The notes under the pieces are model-generated. The model ran no database searches, had not been told where the DNA came from, and was given only the letters and a program-made list of their open reading frames with translations. A stretch of 39,671 bases of DNA from Eubacteriales bacterium (GTDB taxonomy: Bacteria > Bacillota > Clostridia > Oscillospirales > CAG-272), in contig JAZLBH010000033.1 of assembly GCA_045613605.1 (NCBI GenBank), positions 1 to 39,671 of the forward strand, written 5' to 3'. How positions within the stretch are numbered: position 1 is the stretch's first letter; every line of letters starts with the position of its first letter. The position numbers and the translations under genes are program-made. Positions 1 to 8,061 of the stretch are shown here, piece by piece.

Positions 1-91
1 ATTATATGATATAATATAATGTCAAGATATAAATCTTGCCAACACAGTTAACAATTTACTTAATATAAAAAGACTTTAGAAAGGAGCAACA

Positions 92-817
92 ATGCTTGAA
101 TTAAAAAACGTGTCCTACGTCGTTAAGGATGAAAACGGCAAGGACAAGGAAATATTAAAGAATATTAATTTAACAATAGACGAGCGCTTTGTGGCAATTA
201 CAGGCCCCAACGGAAGTGGTAAAAGTACACTTGCGAAAATAATTGCCGGAATTTATCAGCCCACGGGTGGACAGATTCTTTTTGACGGTGAGGATATTAC
301 AAATATGAGTATCACTGACCGAGCTAAAAGGGGAGTTAGCTTTGCATTCCAACAGCCCGTAAGATTTAAGGGACTTACTGTTAAGGATCTCATCACACTT
401 GCGGCAGGCAAGCCAATAAGTGTAGCCGAAGCGTGCAACTATCTTTCTGAGGTAGGACTTTGCGCAAGAGATTATATTAACCGTGAGGTGAATGCATCTC
501 TTTCGGGCGGTGAGCTTAAGAGAATTGAAATTGCTCTTATCATCGCGCGCTCAACAAAGCTTTCCGTGTTTGACGAGCCCGAGGCAGGCATCGATCTTTG
601 GAGCTTTAACAATCTTATCAAGGTGTTTGAGAGAATGCACGAAAAGACACAGGGCTCAATTCTCATCATCTCCCACCAAGAGAGAATTTTGAATATTGCC
701 GATAGAATTATCGTAATTGCCGACGGTGAGATCCGCGAGAGTGGAACTAAGGACGAGATCATGCCCTCAGTTCTCGGCTCGGGTGCGCCTTGCTCGGTGC
801 TTACCGATAATATATAA
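92..817 (+). CDS. sufC: SufC-like Fe-S cluster assembly ABC-type ATPase
   Basis: 241-aa soluble ORF with Walker A GPNGSGKST, ABC signature LSGGELKR, Walker B LSVFDEPEAGID and H-loop ISHQ. GAAAGGAG RBS just upstream of ATG 92. Immediately followed by a SufB/D-family gene. Confidence 0.85.
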   Translation: MLELKNVSYVVKDENGKDKEILKNINLTIDERFVAITGPNGSGKSTLAKIIAGIYQPTGGQILFDGEDITNMSITDRAKRGVSFAFQQPVRFKGLTVKDLITLAAGKPISVAEACNYLSEVGLCARDYINREVNASLSGGELKRIEIALIIARSTKLSVFDEPEAGIDLWSFNNLIKVFERMHEKTQGSILIISHQERILNIADRIIVIADGEIRESGTKDEIMPSVLGSGAPCSVLTDNI

Positions 818-827
818 GGAGGTTGCC

Positions 828-1745
828 ATGGATCAGATCAAGAAGAATTTGCTTATGCAGGTAGCCGACCTCCACACAGTTCCCGAGGGAGCATATAACA
901 TTCGTGAAAACGGCTCAGCGGCAGGTAGAAAGACCACCGCGAATATTGATATCGTTTCAAAGACGGACAAGCCCGGCATTGATATCATCATCAAGGCAGG
1001 CACAAGGAATGAAAGCGTGCATATCCCCGTAATCATCAGTGAAAGCGGACTTAAGGATATGGTCTATAACGATTTCTATATCGGTGAGGGTGCCGACGTT
1101 ACGATTATCGCAGGATGCGGTATTCATAACTGTGGCGATCAGGATTCTGCTCACGACGGTATTCACTCCTTCCACGTTGGAAAGGACGCGCGCGTAAGAT
1201 ACGTTGAGCGCCACTACGGTGAGGAAGAGGGAACGGGTGAAAATATTATGAATCCCACGACCATCATCGAAATCGACGAGGGTGGATATCTTGAAATGGA
1301 AACCACACAGATAAAGGGTATCGACTCTACGATCAGAAACACAAGCGCAGTTGTTGGCAAGGGCGCAACTCTCATCGTTAAGGAAAAGATCATGACACAC
1401 GGAAAGCAGCATGCCGAAACCGTGTTCAATGTGGATCTTAACGGAGAGGGCTCAAGCACAAACGTTATTTCCCGTTCAGTTGCAAAGGATGCTTCAACTC
1501 AGACCTTCCTTTCCAAAATCAACGGAAATGCCGAATGCTACGGCCATACCGAATGTGACGCTATCATTATGGATAACGCGTCCGTTCGTGCGATCCCTGA
1601 AATTACTGCAAACGATATAAATGCATCCCTCATTCACGAGGCGGCAATCGGCAAGATTGCAGGTGAGCAGATCATCAAGCTTATGACCTTGGGACTTACC
1701 GAGCAAGAGGCTGAGGAGCAGATCGTTAACGGATTTTTGAAATAA
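828..1745 (+). CDS. SufB/SufD-family Fe-S cluster scaffold protein, short form (305 aa)
   Basis: C-terminal SufB/D hallmark SLIHEAAIGKIAGEQIIKLMTLGLTEQEAEEQIVNGFL. Start moved from track ORF 717 to ATG 828 because of the AAGGAGG RBS at 816-822 and because 717-817 would overlap sufC. Confidence 0.8.
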   Translation: MDQIKKNLLMQVADLHTVPEGAYNIRENGSAAGRKTTANIDIVSKTDKPGIDIIIKAGTRNESVHIPVIISESGLKDMVYNDFYIGEGADVTIIAGCGIHNCGDQDSAHDGIHSFHVGKDARVRYVERHYGEEEGTGENIMNPTTIIEIDEGGYLEMETTQIKGIDSTIRNTSAVVGKGATLIVKEKIMTHGKQHAETVFNVDLNGEGSSTNVISRSVAKDASTQTFLSKINGNAECYGHTECDAIIMDNASVRAIPEITANDINASLIHEAAIGKIAGEQIIKLMTLGLTEQEAEEQIVNGFLK

Positions 1746-1754
1746 TCATATTAA

Positions 1755-1785
1755 AACGGGCGGTTTTTTATCCGCCCGCTATTTA
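1755..1785 (+). terminator. Possible weak intrinsic terminator after the suf pair
   Basis: GGGCGG (1758-1763) pairs with CCGCCC (1772-1777) across a T-rich loop. The trailing T-run is poor. Confidence 0.4.
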
Positions 1786-1814
1786 CAAAAGCCTTAAAAG
1801 AAAGGAAAATAACT

Positions 1815-3053
1815 ATGTCAAAGCTTATAGGTAATGCAATAGTAGGACAAAGCGGAGGACCCACCGCGGCAATCAACGCGACCTTGGCGGGAGTCATTCG
1901 CGGAGTGCTTGAAAATCACCATAACGGATGCATAAATACCCTCTACGGTATGAGAAACGGAGTTGAGGGCTTGCTTCAAGAAAATATTGTCAACCTTTCT
2001 GAATTTTTTGCCGATAGAGAAAAAATAGATATCCTTGAGCAAACTCCCGCGGCGGCTCTCGGCTCTTGCCGTAAGAAATTGCCCAATATAGACGAGGGTA
2101 GAGAAACCTACGAAAGGCTTATTGAAATATTTAAGAAGTACGATATCAGATATTTCTTCTACATCGGTGGAAATGACTCTATGGATACCGTTGCAAAGCT
2201 TTCCGAGTACACTAAGGAATGCGACTATGAGATGCGAGTTATCGGTATTCCCAAAACCATTGATAACGACCTCGTTGGCACCGACCATACACCCGGATTT
2301 GCCTCCGCGGCTAAATATATTGCGACCACAATGACCGAGATAATTCGCGACTGTGCCGTTTATACTACAAAGGCGGTTACCGTGGTTGAGATTATGGGAC
2401 GCGACGCGGGCTGGCTCACAGCATCCGCAGGAATTCCCAAGGCGTTCGGCGGTGAGGTTGCAGACCTTATCTATTTGCCCGAAAGAGCTTTCGATAAAGA
2501 AGAATTTTTCGTGGATTTAAAAAATATCCTTGAAAAGAAGCCCAACGTTGTTGTTGCGGTAAGTGAAGGTATTCGCTTTGCTGACGGAACTTACGTTTGT
2601 GAGGGCTTTGGTATTGCTTCAACCGACGTTTTCGGTCATAAACAGCTTTCAGGTACAGGAAAAGCTCTTGAAATAGCAATCAAAAACGAGTTCGGATGCA
2701 AGGTTCGTTCAATTGAGCTTAATCTTCCTCAAAGATGCGCTTCCCATATCGCGTCAAGAACCGATATTGAAGAATCCGTCCTTGTGGGAAAGAGCGCGGT
2801 CAAAGCCGCAAGTGAGGGCACTACACGTCAAATGATGACCATCGAAAGAGTGTCAACTGAATCTTACAGGGTGGAGATCTCACACCGCGACGTAAGTGAA
2901 ATTGCCAATAAGGTTAAGTACGTTCCCGATGAATTTATAAACGAAAGAGGAAGCTCCGTAACTGACGAATGTGCAAAATATCTTTTGCCCTTGATTCAGG
3001 GTGAGCTTGATGTCAAGTACGAAAACGGAATCCCTAGGCACGTGATTATATGA
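1815..3053 (+). CDS. pfk: 6-phosphofructokinase, PfkA family, residues predict a PPi-dependent enzyme
   Basis: 412 aa with GQSGGPTAAINA, IGGNDSMDT, IPKTIDNDL and MGRDAGWL motifs. Asp and Lys sit at the positions equivalent to E. coli Gly104 and Gly124. Confidence 0.85.
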   Translation: MSKLIGNAIVGQSGGPTAAINATLAGVIRGVLENHHNGCINTLYGMRNGVEGLLQENIVNLSEFFADREKIDILEQTPAAALGSCRKKLPNIDEGRETYERLIEIFKKYDIRYFFYIGGNDSMDTVAKLSEYTKECDYEMRVIGIPKTIDNDLVGTDHTPGFASAAKYIATTMTEIIRDCAVYTTKAVTVVEIMGRDAGWLTASAGIPKAFGGEVADLIYLPERAFDKEEFFVDLKNILEKKPNVVVAVSEGIRFADGTYVCEGFGIASTDVFGHKQLSGTGKALEIAIKNEFGCKVRSIELNLPQRCASHIASRTDIEESVLVGKSAVKAASEGTTRQMMTIERVSTESYRVEISHRDVSEIANKVKYVPDEFINERGSSVTDECAKYLLPLIQGELDVKYENGIPRHVII

Positions 3054-4018
3054 AGATAAAGCAATCGCAGATAAATCCCTTTGAAAATAGTGATAGTAAT
3101 AAAAGATACTATACCTATGACTATTTTCTAAAGAAGACCTACGGTGGCAAATGCGCGAAGATCCCGCTTGACGCGGGATTTTCCTGTCCAAATATGGACG
3201 GAAAATGCGGCATCGGTGGGTGTATATATTGCTCCTCTCGAGGAAGCGGAGATTTTGCTGAAAGCTCCGCATTATCCATTCGCGAGCAGTATGAAATCAC
3301 GAGAGGGAAGCTATCGTCAAAGTGGAGCACGGAAAGAACGATTCCGTATTTCCAAGCGCGCACTAATACCTACGCGCCACTTGAAAAAATCAAGGAAAAA
3401 TTTGAAGAGGCACTCACTCTTGACGGCGTCGTTGCAATGAACGTGGCAACCAGAGCCGACTGCTTGCCCGATGACGTTGTGGAATATCTTTCCGACCTTG
3501 CAAATCGCGTTGATTTGACGATTGAATTAGGACTTCAAACCGTGCACGACGATATTGCCGAGCTGATTAATCGTGGGCATACATACGCGCAATTCGTCGA
3601 AGGATATGAAAAATTAAGACGCGCAAATCCAAAGATCCGCATATGCGTCCATATTATTTTCGGACTTCCAAACGAAAATGACGATATGATGCTGCAAACT
3701 GCCAAGGTGGTGGGTGCACTTCGTCCCGATATGGTGAAAATTCATCTTTTGCACGTTATTAAGGAAACTGAGCTTGCAAGGTGGTATGAAGGTGGTGGAT
3801 ACACCCCACTTGAACGCGAGCGCTATATCAAGCTTGTCGCAACGGCTTTGCAGTATTTTCATAAGGATACAGTCATCGCAAGATTGACGGGTGACGGAGT
3901 TGCCGACGACCTTTTAGCGCCCGAATGGTCGCGCAAAAAGACCACCGTTATCAACGATATCGATAAATATCTCTTCACCCACGATATGTGGCAGGGAAAA
4001 TACTTAGATTATGATTAA
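3050..4018 (+). CDS. Radical SAM protein, TIGR01212 / YhcC-like family
   Basis: CPNMDGKCGIGGCIYCS cluster motif typical of the TIGR01212 family. ATGA start/stop overlap with pfk suggests translational coupling. Confidence 0.8.
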   Translation: MKIKQSQINPFENSDSNKRYYTYDYFLKKTYGGKCAKIPLDAGFSCPNMDGKCGIGGCIYCSSRGSGDFAESSALSIREQYEITRGKLSSKWSTERTIPYFQARTNTYAPLEKIKEKFEEALTLDGVVAMNVATRADCLPDDVVEYLSDLANRVDLTIELGLQTVHDDIAELINRGHTYAQFVEGYEKLRRANPKIRICVHIIFGLPNENDDMMLQTAKVVGALRPDMVKIHLLHVIKETELARWYEGGGYTPLERERYIKLVATALQYFHKDTVIARLTGDGVADDLLAPEWSRKKTTVINDIDKYLFTHDMWQGKYLDYD

Positions 4019-4083
4019 TCTATTGACAAGATGTTTTTGTAATGATGAAATAACAAGTAATATAAAAATAGTATAAAAATAAA

Positions 4084-4116
4084 GCAAGGAGACCTTAAAG
4101 GCCTCCTTGCTTTTTG
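4084..4116 (+). terminator. Intrinsic terminator
   Basis: GCAAGGAG (4084-4091) pairs with CTCCTTGC (4103-4110), followed by TTTTT. Confidence 0.75.
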
Positions 4117-4207
4117 TAAAACGAAAACCACCTGATAGACACATTGTTAAGCAGGAAATATTTCCGGTTATTAGAAAACAAATCAAAATCTTAAAACACA
4201 TCAACTA

Positions 4208-4236
4208 TTGACAATGCAACGCATTGATGATAAAAT
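4208..4236 (+). promoter_or_regulatory. Sigma-A type promoter upstream of the ICMT-like gene
   Basis: TTGACA 4208-4213, 17-nt spacer, TGaTAAAAT with -10 at 4231-4236. Confidence 0.65.
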
Positions 4237-4264
4237 AGATTATCAGATATGAAAGGTGAAGCTT

Positions 4265-4936
4265 ATGACACTTAAATTATTCCTTGAAGCAATTATCAAA
4301 TTCGCGCTTGGCGTTGTGCTTGTTGGCGTGCTTATTTTCTTGCCTGCGGGTACGTTTGCTTATGCAGGCGGTTGGCTTTTGATGGGGATTTTGTTTGTTC
4401 CCATGTTTTTGGCAGGTCTTGTAATGTTGGCAAAAAATCCGTCCCTTCTTGCAAGTAGACTTGATGCAAAGGAAAAGGAAAGGGAACAGAGCATAGTTGT
4501 CAAGCTAAGCGGACTTATGTTCATTGTGGGATTTATTCTTGCAGGACTTGATTTTAGATTTGGTTGGATAGAGCTACCGTTTTGGGTAAATACCGTTGCA
4601 TCAGTAGTATTTATTTCAGCATATTTGATTTATGCAGAGGTGCTGCGTGAAAACGCCTATCTTTCAAGAACAATCAAGGTCGTTGAGGGGCAAAAGGTAA
4701 TTTCAACGGGACTTTACGGAATTGTTCGTCACCCAATGTATTTTGCAACTGTCTTGCTCTTTATGGCAATGCCGCTTGTTCTTGGCTCTCTTGCTTCGTT
4801 CATCGTTTTCTTGGCTTATCCCTTTATCATAGCCGCAAGAATAAAAAACGAAGAAAGGGTGCTTTCCCGCGAGCTTGAGGGATATGAGGAATACAAGCAA
4901 AAGGTAAAATACAGAATGATACCGTTCATTTGGTAA
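4265..4936 (+). CDS. Isoprenylcysteine carboxyl methyltransferase (ICMT) / phospholipid methyltransferase-family membrane protein
   Basis: Multi-TM ORF with C-terminal GLYGIVRHPMYFATVLLFMAMPL...EERVLSRELEGYEEYKQKV motif typical of ICMT/PEMT-like enzymes. The track starts at GTG 4256. ATG 4265 is better spaced from the GAAAGG RBS (4251-4256). Confidence 0.7.
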   Translation: MTLKLFLEAIIKFALGVVLVGVLIFLPAGTFAYAGGWLLMGILFVPMFLAGLVMLAKNPSLLASRLDAKEKEREQSIVVKLSGLMFIVGFILAGLDFRFGWIELPFWVNTVASVVFISAYLIYAEVLRENAYLSRTIKVVEGQKVISTGLYGIVRHPMYFATVLLFMAMPLVLGSLASFIVFLAYPFIIAARIKNEERVLSRELEGYEEYKQKVKYRMIPFIW

Positions 4937-4947
4937 GGAGAAGATAA

Positions 4948-5649
4948 ATGAATTTTTTATTTGATTTGTACGGCACGTTAGCCGATATAAAAACTGATGA
5001 GGAGATGCAATCACTTTGGTTTGGATTTGCATGGCTTTTGGGCGAAAGCGACGTTAAAAAGGTAAGGGATGAATATCTTGAATTATGCAAAAAGCATTCT
5101 GATGCTCGCGCACACAAATTCGTAGAATTCGACCTTTTGCGCGTTTTTGAGGAAATGGTTGAAAACCGCGGTGCAGATAAAGAAAAGGCTAAGGCATTGG
5201 CAAGGGAATTCCGTCTTTTGTCACGTCAAAAGCTTAGACCCTTCCCCCACGTTGCTGAAATTCTCAAGGGGCTTAAGGAAAGGGGAGCAGGAGTATATCT
5301 TGTTTCAAATGCACAGGCGTGCTTTACCCGTGACGAGCTTGACGAGCTTGGTATAGCACATCTTTTTGACGGCATACTCATCTCAAGTGACGCGGGAGTT
5401 AAAAAGCCGGATACCGAGATATTCAGTATCGCATTTGATAAGTTTTCACTTGATAAAAACGAGTGCTTCTACGTTGGTAACGATCTTCACGATGATGTGC
5501 TTGGCGCGTCAAGTGCAGGACTAAAAACAGTATATATCGAAACCGAGCAATCGGGAAGATACCCCGACCTTTCAATTGTTCCGCACTATGAGGTTAAAAC
5601 ACACGAGGAAATGAGAAATCTTCTTTTTGAATTAGCGGAGAAAAAATGA
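4948..5649 (+). CDS. HAD-superfamily hydrolase (subfamily IA-like)
   Basis: Motif I FDLYGTL, motif II VSNA, motif IV GNDLHDDV. AAGGAG RBS. Confidence 0.8.
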   Translation: MNFLFDLYGTLADIKTDEEMQSLWFGFAWLLGESDVKKVRDEYLELCKKHSDARAHKFVEFDLLRVFEEMVENRGADKEKAKALAREFRLLSRQKLRPFPHVAEILKGLKERGAGVYLVSNAQACFTRDELDELGIAHLFDGILISSDAGVKKPDTEIFSIAFDKFSLDKNECFYVGNDLHDDVLGASSAGLKTVYIETEQSGRYPDLSIVPHYEVKTHEEMRNLLFELAEKK

Positions 5650-7049
5650 TTAGTGAAAAAGATTTAAGGCGAAGAGAAAGGATACTTAACGGCAATCTGG
5701 TTATGACTATAATCAGTATTTGCGCGCCGATATTTTTATATAATCTTTTCAATTCGTTCTATGCCATTATAGATGCGGTGGTGGTATCAAAGATAAACCC
5801 CACAAGCGTTAGTGCCGTTGCATCACTGTCACAGCTGCAGCATCTTCTTTCGTCCTTAGGCTCAGGACTTGCGGCAGGAGGCGGAATTTTGGTCGCGCGA
5901 CAGTTTGGCGCAGGAGATATGGAAAAGGCAAGATATCTTTCCAATCAAACGATATCATTGTCGAATATAATCATCGCGCTTTTGCTAGGTATTTGCGTTC
6001 CGTTTGCCGTTCCGATAATGAGGCTGTCGGGCGTTCCCGATGAGCTTATAAATATAGGCACGGGCTACTTTATAGTTCAGGTAATCACACTTGCCTTTAT
6101 GTTTTATAACAGCGTATTTATGGCTATGCAAAAGGCAAAAGGGAACACCAAAATTATGTTTTGGCTCAACATTCTTTCAATGATAGTCAAGCTCTCGTTG
6201 TCAATTTTGTTTATATGGGGACTTGGATTTGAAAACATTGTATGGGTGGCAATTTCAACACTTATCGGTCAGATGGTGATGTTTGCCGTGTTGCTTTCTA
6301 TGATGCTTCAAAAGGACAATGTTTTTGTTGTTAAGCTTGAAGAATTTAAGTTAAAAAAGCAAGAAATCAAAAGCATTTTGTCAATGTCACTGCCCATTTT
6401 TCTTGGCAAATTCATCTTTTCATTCGGAAAGGTGAGTATAAATGCCATGTGTAAGGCATACGGACCGCTTGTCGTTGGTGCGTTGGGCGTTTCCAATAAT
6501 ATTAACGGAATGGTCACCACCCCAATCAACTCGTTTGAGGAGGGAACGTCAACGATAATTAGCCAAAATATTGGCGCAAATAATATCAAGCGCGCAATAA
6601 AGACATTCAAGCATTCGTTTGTTATGGCAACTGCGCTTGGTATTGTGGGATATATTCTCGTCCGCTTCATTTGTCAGGATGCCATAATAAACCTCTATAA
6701 CCAAAATGCACAAGCTGAGGATACGGCAATGTTTTTGGCGCTGATTAAGAGTATTCACCGTTATGATTCACTTTCAATTCTTGCTTTGGCGGTGAATTCG
6801 GCAGTTCTTGGTGTGCTTTACGGCTTTGGACAAACGAAAATGACTATGGTGCTTAATATAAGCAGAGTTTTCGTGTTCCGAATACCCGTTTTATGGTATT
6901 TACAAACCTTCCATAAGGAGATTGGAGCCGAGGCGGCAGGCATATCAATGGGAATAAGCAATATTTGCATTGCGCTCGCGTCCCTTGCTTGTTTGGGCAT
7001 TTTCTTGCTTAAGGTCAAGAAAAAGGGATATGAAAGCATGGTTGCATAA
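5646..7049 (+). CDS. MATE-family multidrug/toxic-compound efflux transporter
   Basis: 467 aa, about 12 hydrophobic segments, internally duplicated architecture, N-terminal region typical of MATE (NorM/DinF-like). ATGA overlap with the HAD gene. Confidence 0.8.
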   Translation: MISEKDLRRRERILNGNLVMTIISICAPIFLYNLFNSFYAIIDAVVVSKINPTSVSAVASLSQLQHLLSSLGSGLAAGGGILVARQFGAGDMEKARYLSNQTISLSNIIIALLLGICVPFAVPIMRLSGVPDELINIGTGYFIVQVITLAFMFYNSVFMAMQKAKGNTKIMFWLNILSMIVKLSLSILFIWGLGFENIVWVAISTLIGQMVMFAVLLSMMLQKDNVFVVKLEEFKLKKQEIKSILSMSLPIFLGKFIFSFGKVSINAMCKAYGPLVVGALGVSNNINGMVTTPINSFEEGTSTIISQNIGANNIKRAIKTFKHSFVMATALGIVGYILVRFICQDAIINLYNQNAQAEDTAMFLALIKSIHRYDSLSILALAVNSAVLGVLYGFGQTKMTMVLNISRVFVFRIPVLWYLQTFHKEIGAEAAGISMGISNICIALASLACLGIFLLKVKKKGYESMVA

Positions 7050-7059
7050 AAAACAGCAC

Positions 7060-7088
7060 TTGACAAACCCGAAAAACTGTGCTAAAAT
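7060..7088 (+). promoter_or_regulatory. Sigma-A promoter driving the TPP riboswitch and thiT
   Basis: TTGACA 7060-7065, 17-nt spacer, TGcTAAAAT with -10 at 7083-7088. Confidence 0.75.
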
Positions 7089-7099
7089 ACATACACAAT

Positions 7100-7195
7100 C
7101 ACATAAAGTCAGGGGTGCTAATTGCTGAGATGACTTGTAGGAGTCAAACCCTTAACCTGATACGGATAATGCCGGCGTAGGTAGTACTTGGGAGA
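7100..7195 (+). promoter_or_regulatory. TPP (THI-box) riboswitch
   Basis: Conserved core AGGGGTGC...CTGAGA...ACCCTTAACCTGATACGGATAATGCCGGCGTAGG read directly. Sits upstream of a thiamine-transporter-like gene. Confidence 0.9.
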
Positions 7196-7213
7196 GAACT
7201 CTCTAAAAATACA

Positions 7214-7247
7214 ACCACACGGACTTTCGTGTGGTTGATTCTATTTT
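7214..7247 (+). terminator. Candidate expression-platform terminator of the TPP riboswitch
   Basis: 8-bp stem ACCACACG (7214-7221) / CGTGTGGT (7228-7235), then TGATTCTATTTT. The U-run is interrupted. The AAGGAGG RBS follows at 7248-7254. Confidence 0.5.
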
Positions 7248-7264
7248 AAGGAGGTTTTCTCGAA

Positions 7265-7924
7265 ATGAAAGAAAACAAAAAAAGAACACAAGCCCTCACC
7301 GTCAGCGCGATAATGGTTGCGTTTTCGGTATCCATTTCCGCAATTTGCGCGGTAATGCCATTTTTGAATTTGCCCTTCGGCGGCGGATTTACCATCGCGA
7401 GTATGTTGCCCATTATCCTTGTAGCCTATATGTACGGCGCGAAATGGGGAATACTCGCCGCGTTCACCTACTCCATTTTGCAAATGCTCCTCGGCTTTAA
7501 TACCGTCAGCGCATTTTTCTTGCCCGGGGATAGCCAAATGATTTGGTGGCGCGCAATTATCGTGTGCCTTGTCGACTACGTTATCGCATACACCGTGCTT
7601 GGCTTGGGAGGAATCTTCAGAAAAAAATATACCCCCACAAAAGCCATCGTCCTCGGCTCAATTTTCGCAATCTCACTCCGTTACGTTGCCCATGTAATAT
7701 CGGGCGCAATATTCTTTGGCGCTTGGGCGGAGTGGTTCTTCACACAGGAAGGATTCTACGCTTGGGGACAAAAGATACTCGAAGCCTTTTCGGGAGATGC
7801 GCTTGCCATCGTCTACTCAATAATCTATAACGGAACCTATATGATCCCCGAGATCATTATCACCGCCATCGTAGCTTGCTTAGTTACAAGAATCCCCCAA
7901 ATCAAAATGAGGGATGAAATTTAA
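7265..7924 (+). CDS. thiT: ECF-transporter S component for thiamine (ThiT-like)
   Basis: 219-aa, ~6-TM small integral membrane protein directly controlled by the TPP riboswitch. No ECF A/T genes are adjacent, as is usual for group II S components. Confidence 0.75.
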   Translation: MKENKKRTQALTVSAIMVAFSVSISAICAVMPFLNLPFGGGFTIASMLPIILVAYMYGAKWGILAAFTYSILQMLLGFNTVSAFFLPGDSQMIWWRAIIVCLVDYVIAYTVLGLGGIFRKKYTPTKAIVLGSIFAISLRYVAHVISGAIFFGAWAEWFFTQEGFYAWGQKILEAFSGDALAIVYSIIYNGTYMIPEIIITAIVACLVTRIPQIKMRDEI

Positions 7925-7958
7925 GCTTTATCACCGAGATAATTTTTGATATTTTGTA

Positions 7959-7987
7959 ACCCTCTCTTATCAAAGGGAGGGTTTTTA
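7959..7987 (+). terminator. Intrinsic terminator after thiT
   Basis: ACCCTCTCTT / AAGGGAGGGT stem followed by TTTTT. Confidence 0.7.
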
Positions 7988-8016
7988 TTGACAAATTTCA
8001 TATTGAGTGTTATAAT
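7988..8016 (+). promoter_or_regulatory. Sigma-A promoter of the Cys-repeat/LRR/SH3b gene
   Basis: TTGACA 7988-7993, 17-nt spacer, TGtTATAAT with -10 at 8011-8016. Confidence 0.75.
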
Positions 8017-8061
8017 ATTATCAGTTATTTGCCGACGGGCTAAAACGTGTAAAGGGAACCT

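Noticed and set aside
36-66. Possible promoter upstream of sufC (TTGCCA at 36-41)
   Set aside because: No good -10 hexamer sits at 17-nt spacing (CTTAAT or TTAATA). The window edge prevents seeing the full upstream region.
717-827. N-terminal extension of the SufB-like ORF overlapping sufC by 100 nt
   Set aside because: The extension is Arg/Cys-rich and overlaps the sufC coding frame. A strong AAGGAGG RBS precedes ATG 828.
957-2288. Minus-strand ORFs of 151, 81, 70 and 156 aa opposite the sufB-like and pfk genes
   Set aside because: They have no RBS and lie antisense to genes with strong family motifs. This is typical antisense open frames.
4023-4116. Possible small RNA: a TTGACA box at 4023 followed ~60 nt later by the terminator at 4084-4116
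   Set aside because: The associated -10 (TGAAAT) is weak. The terminator is fully explained as the end of the radical SAM gene. The 66-aa minus ORF 4004-4204 is also judged spurious.
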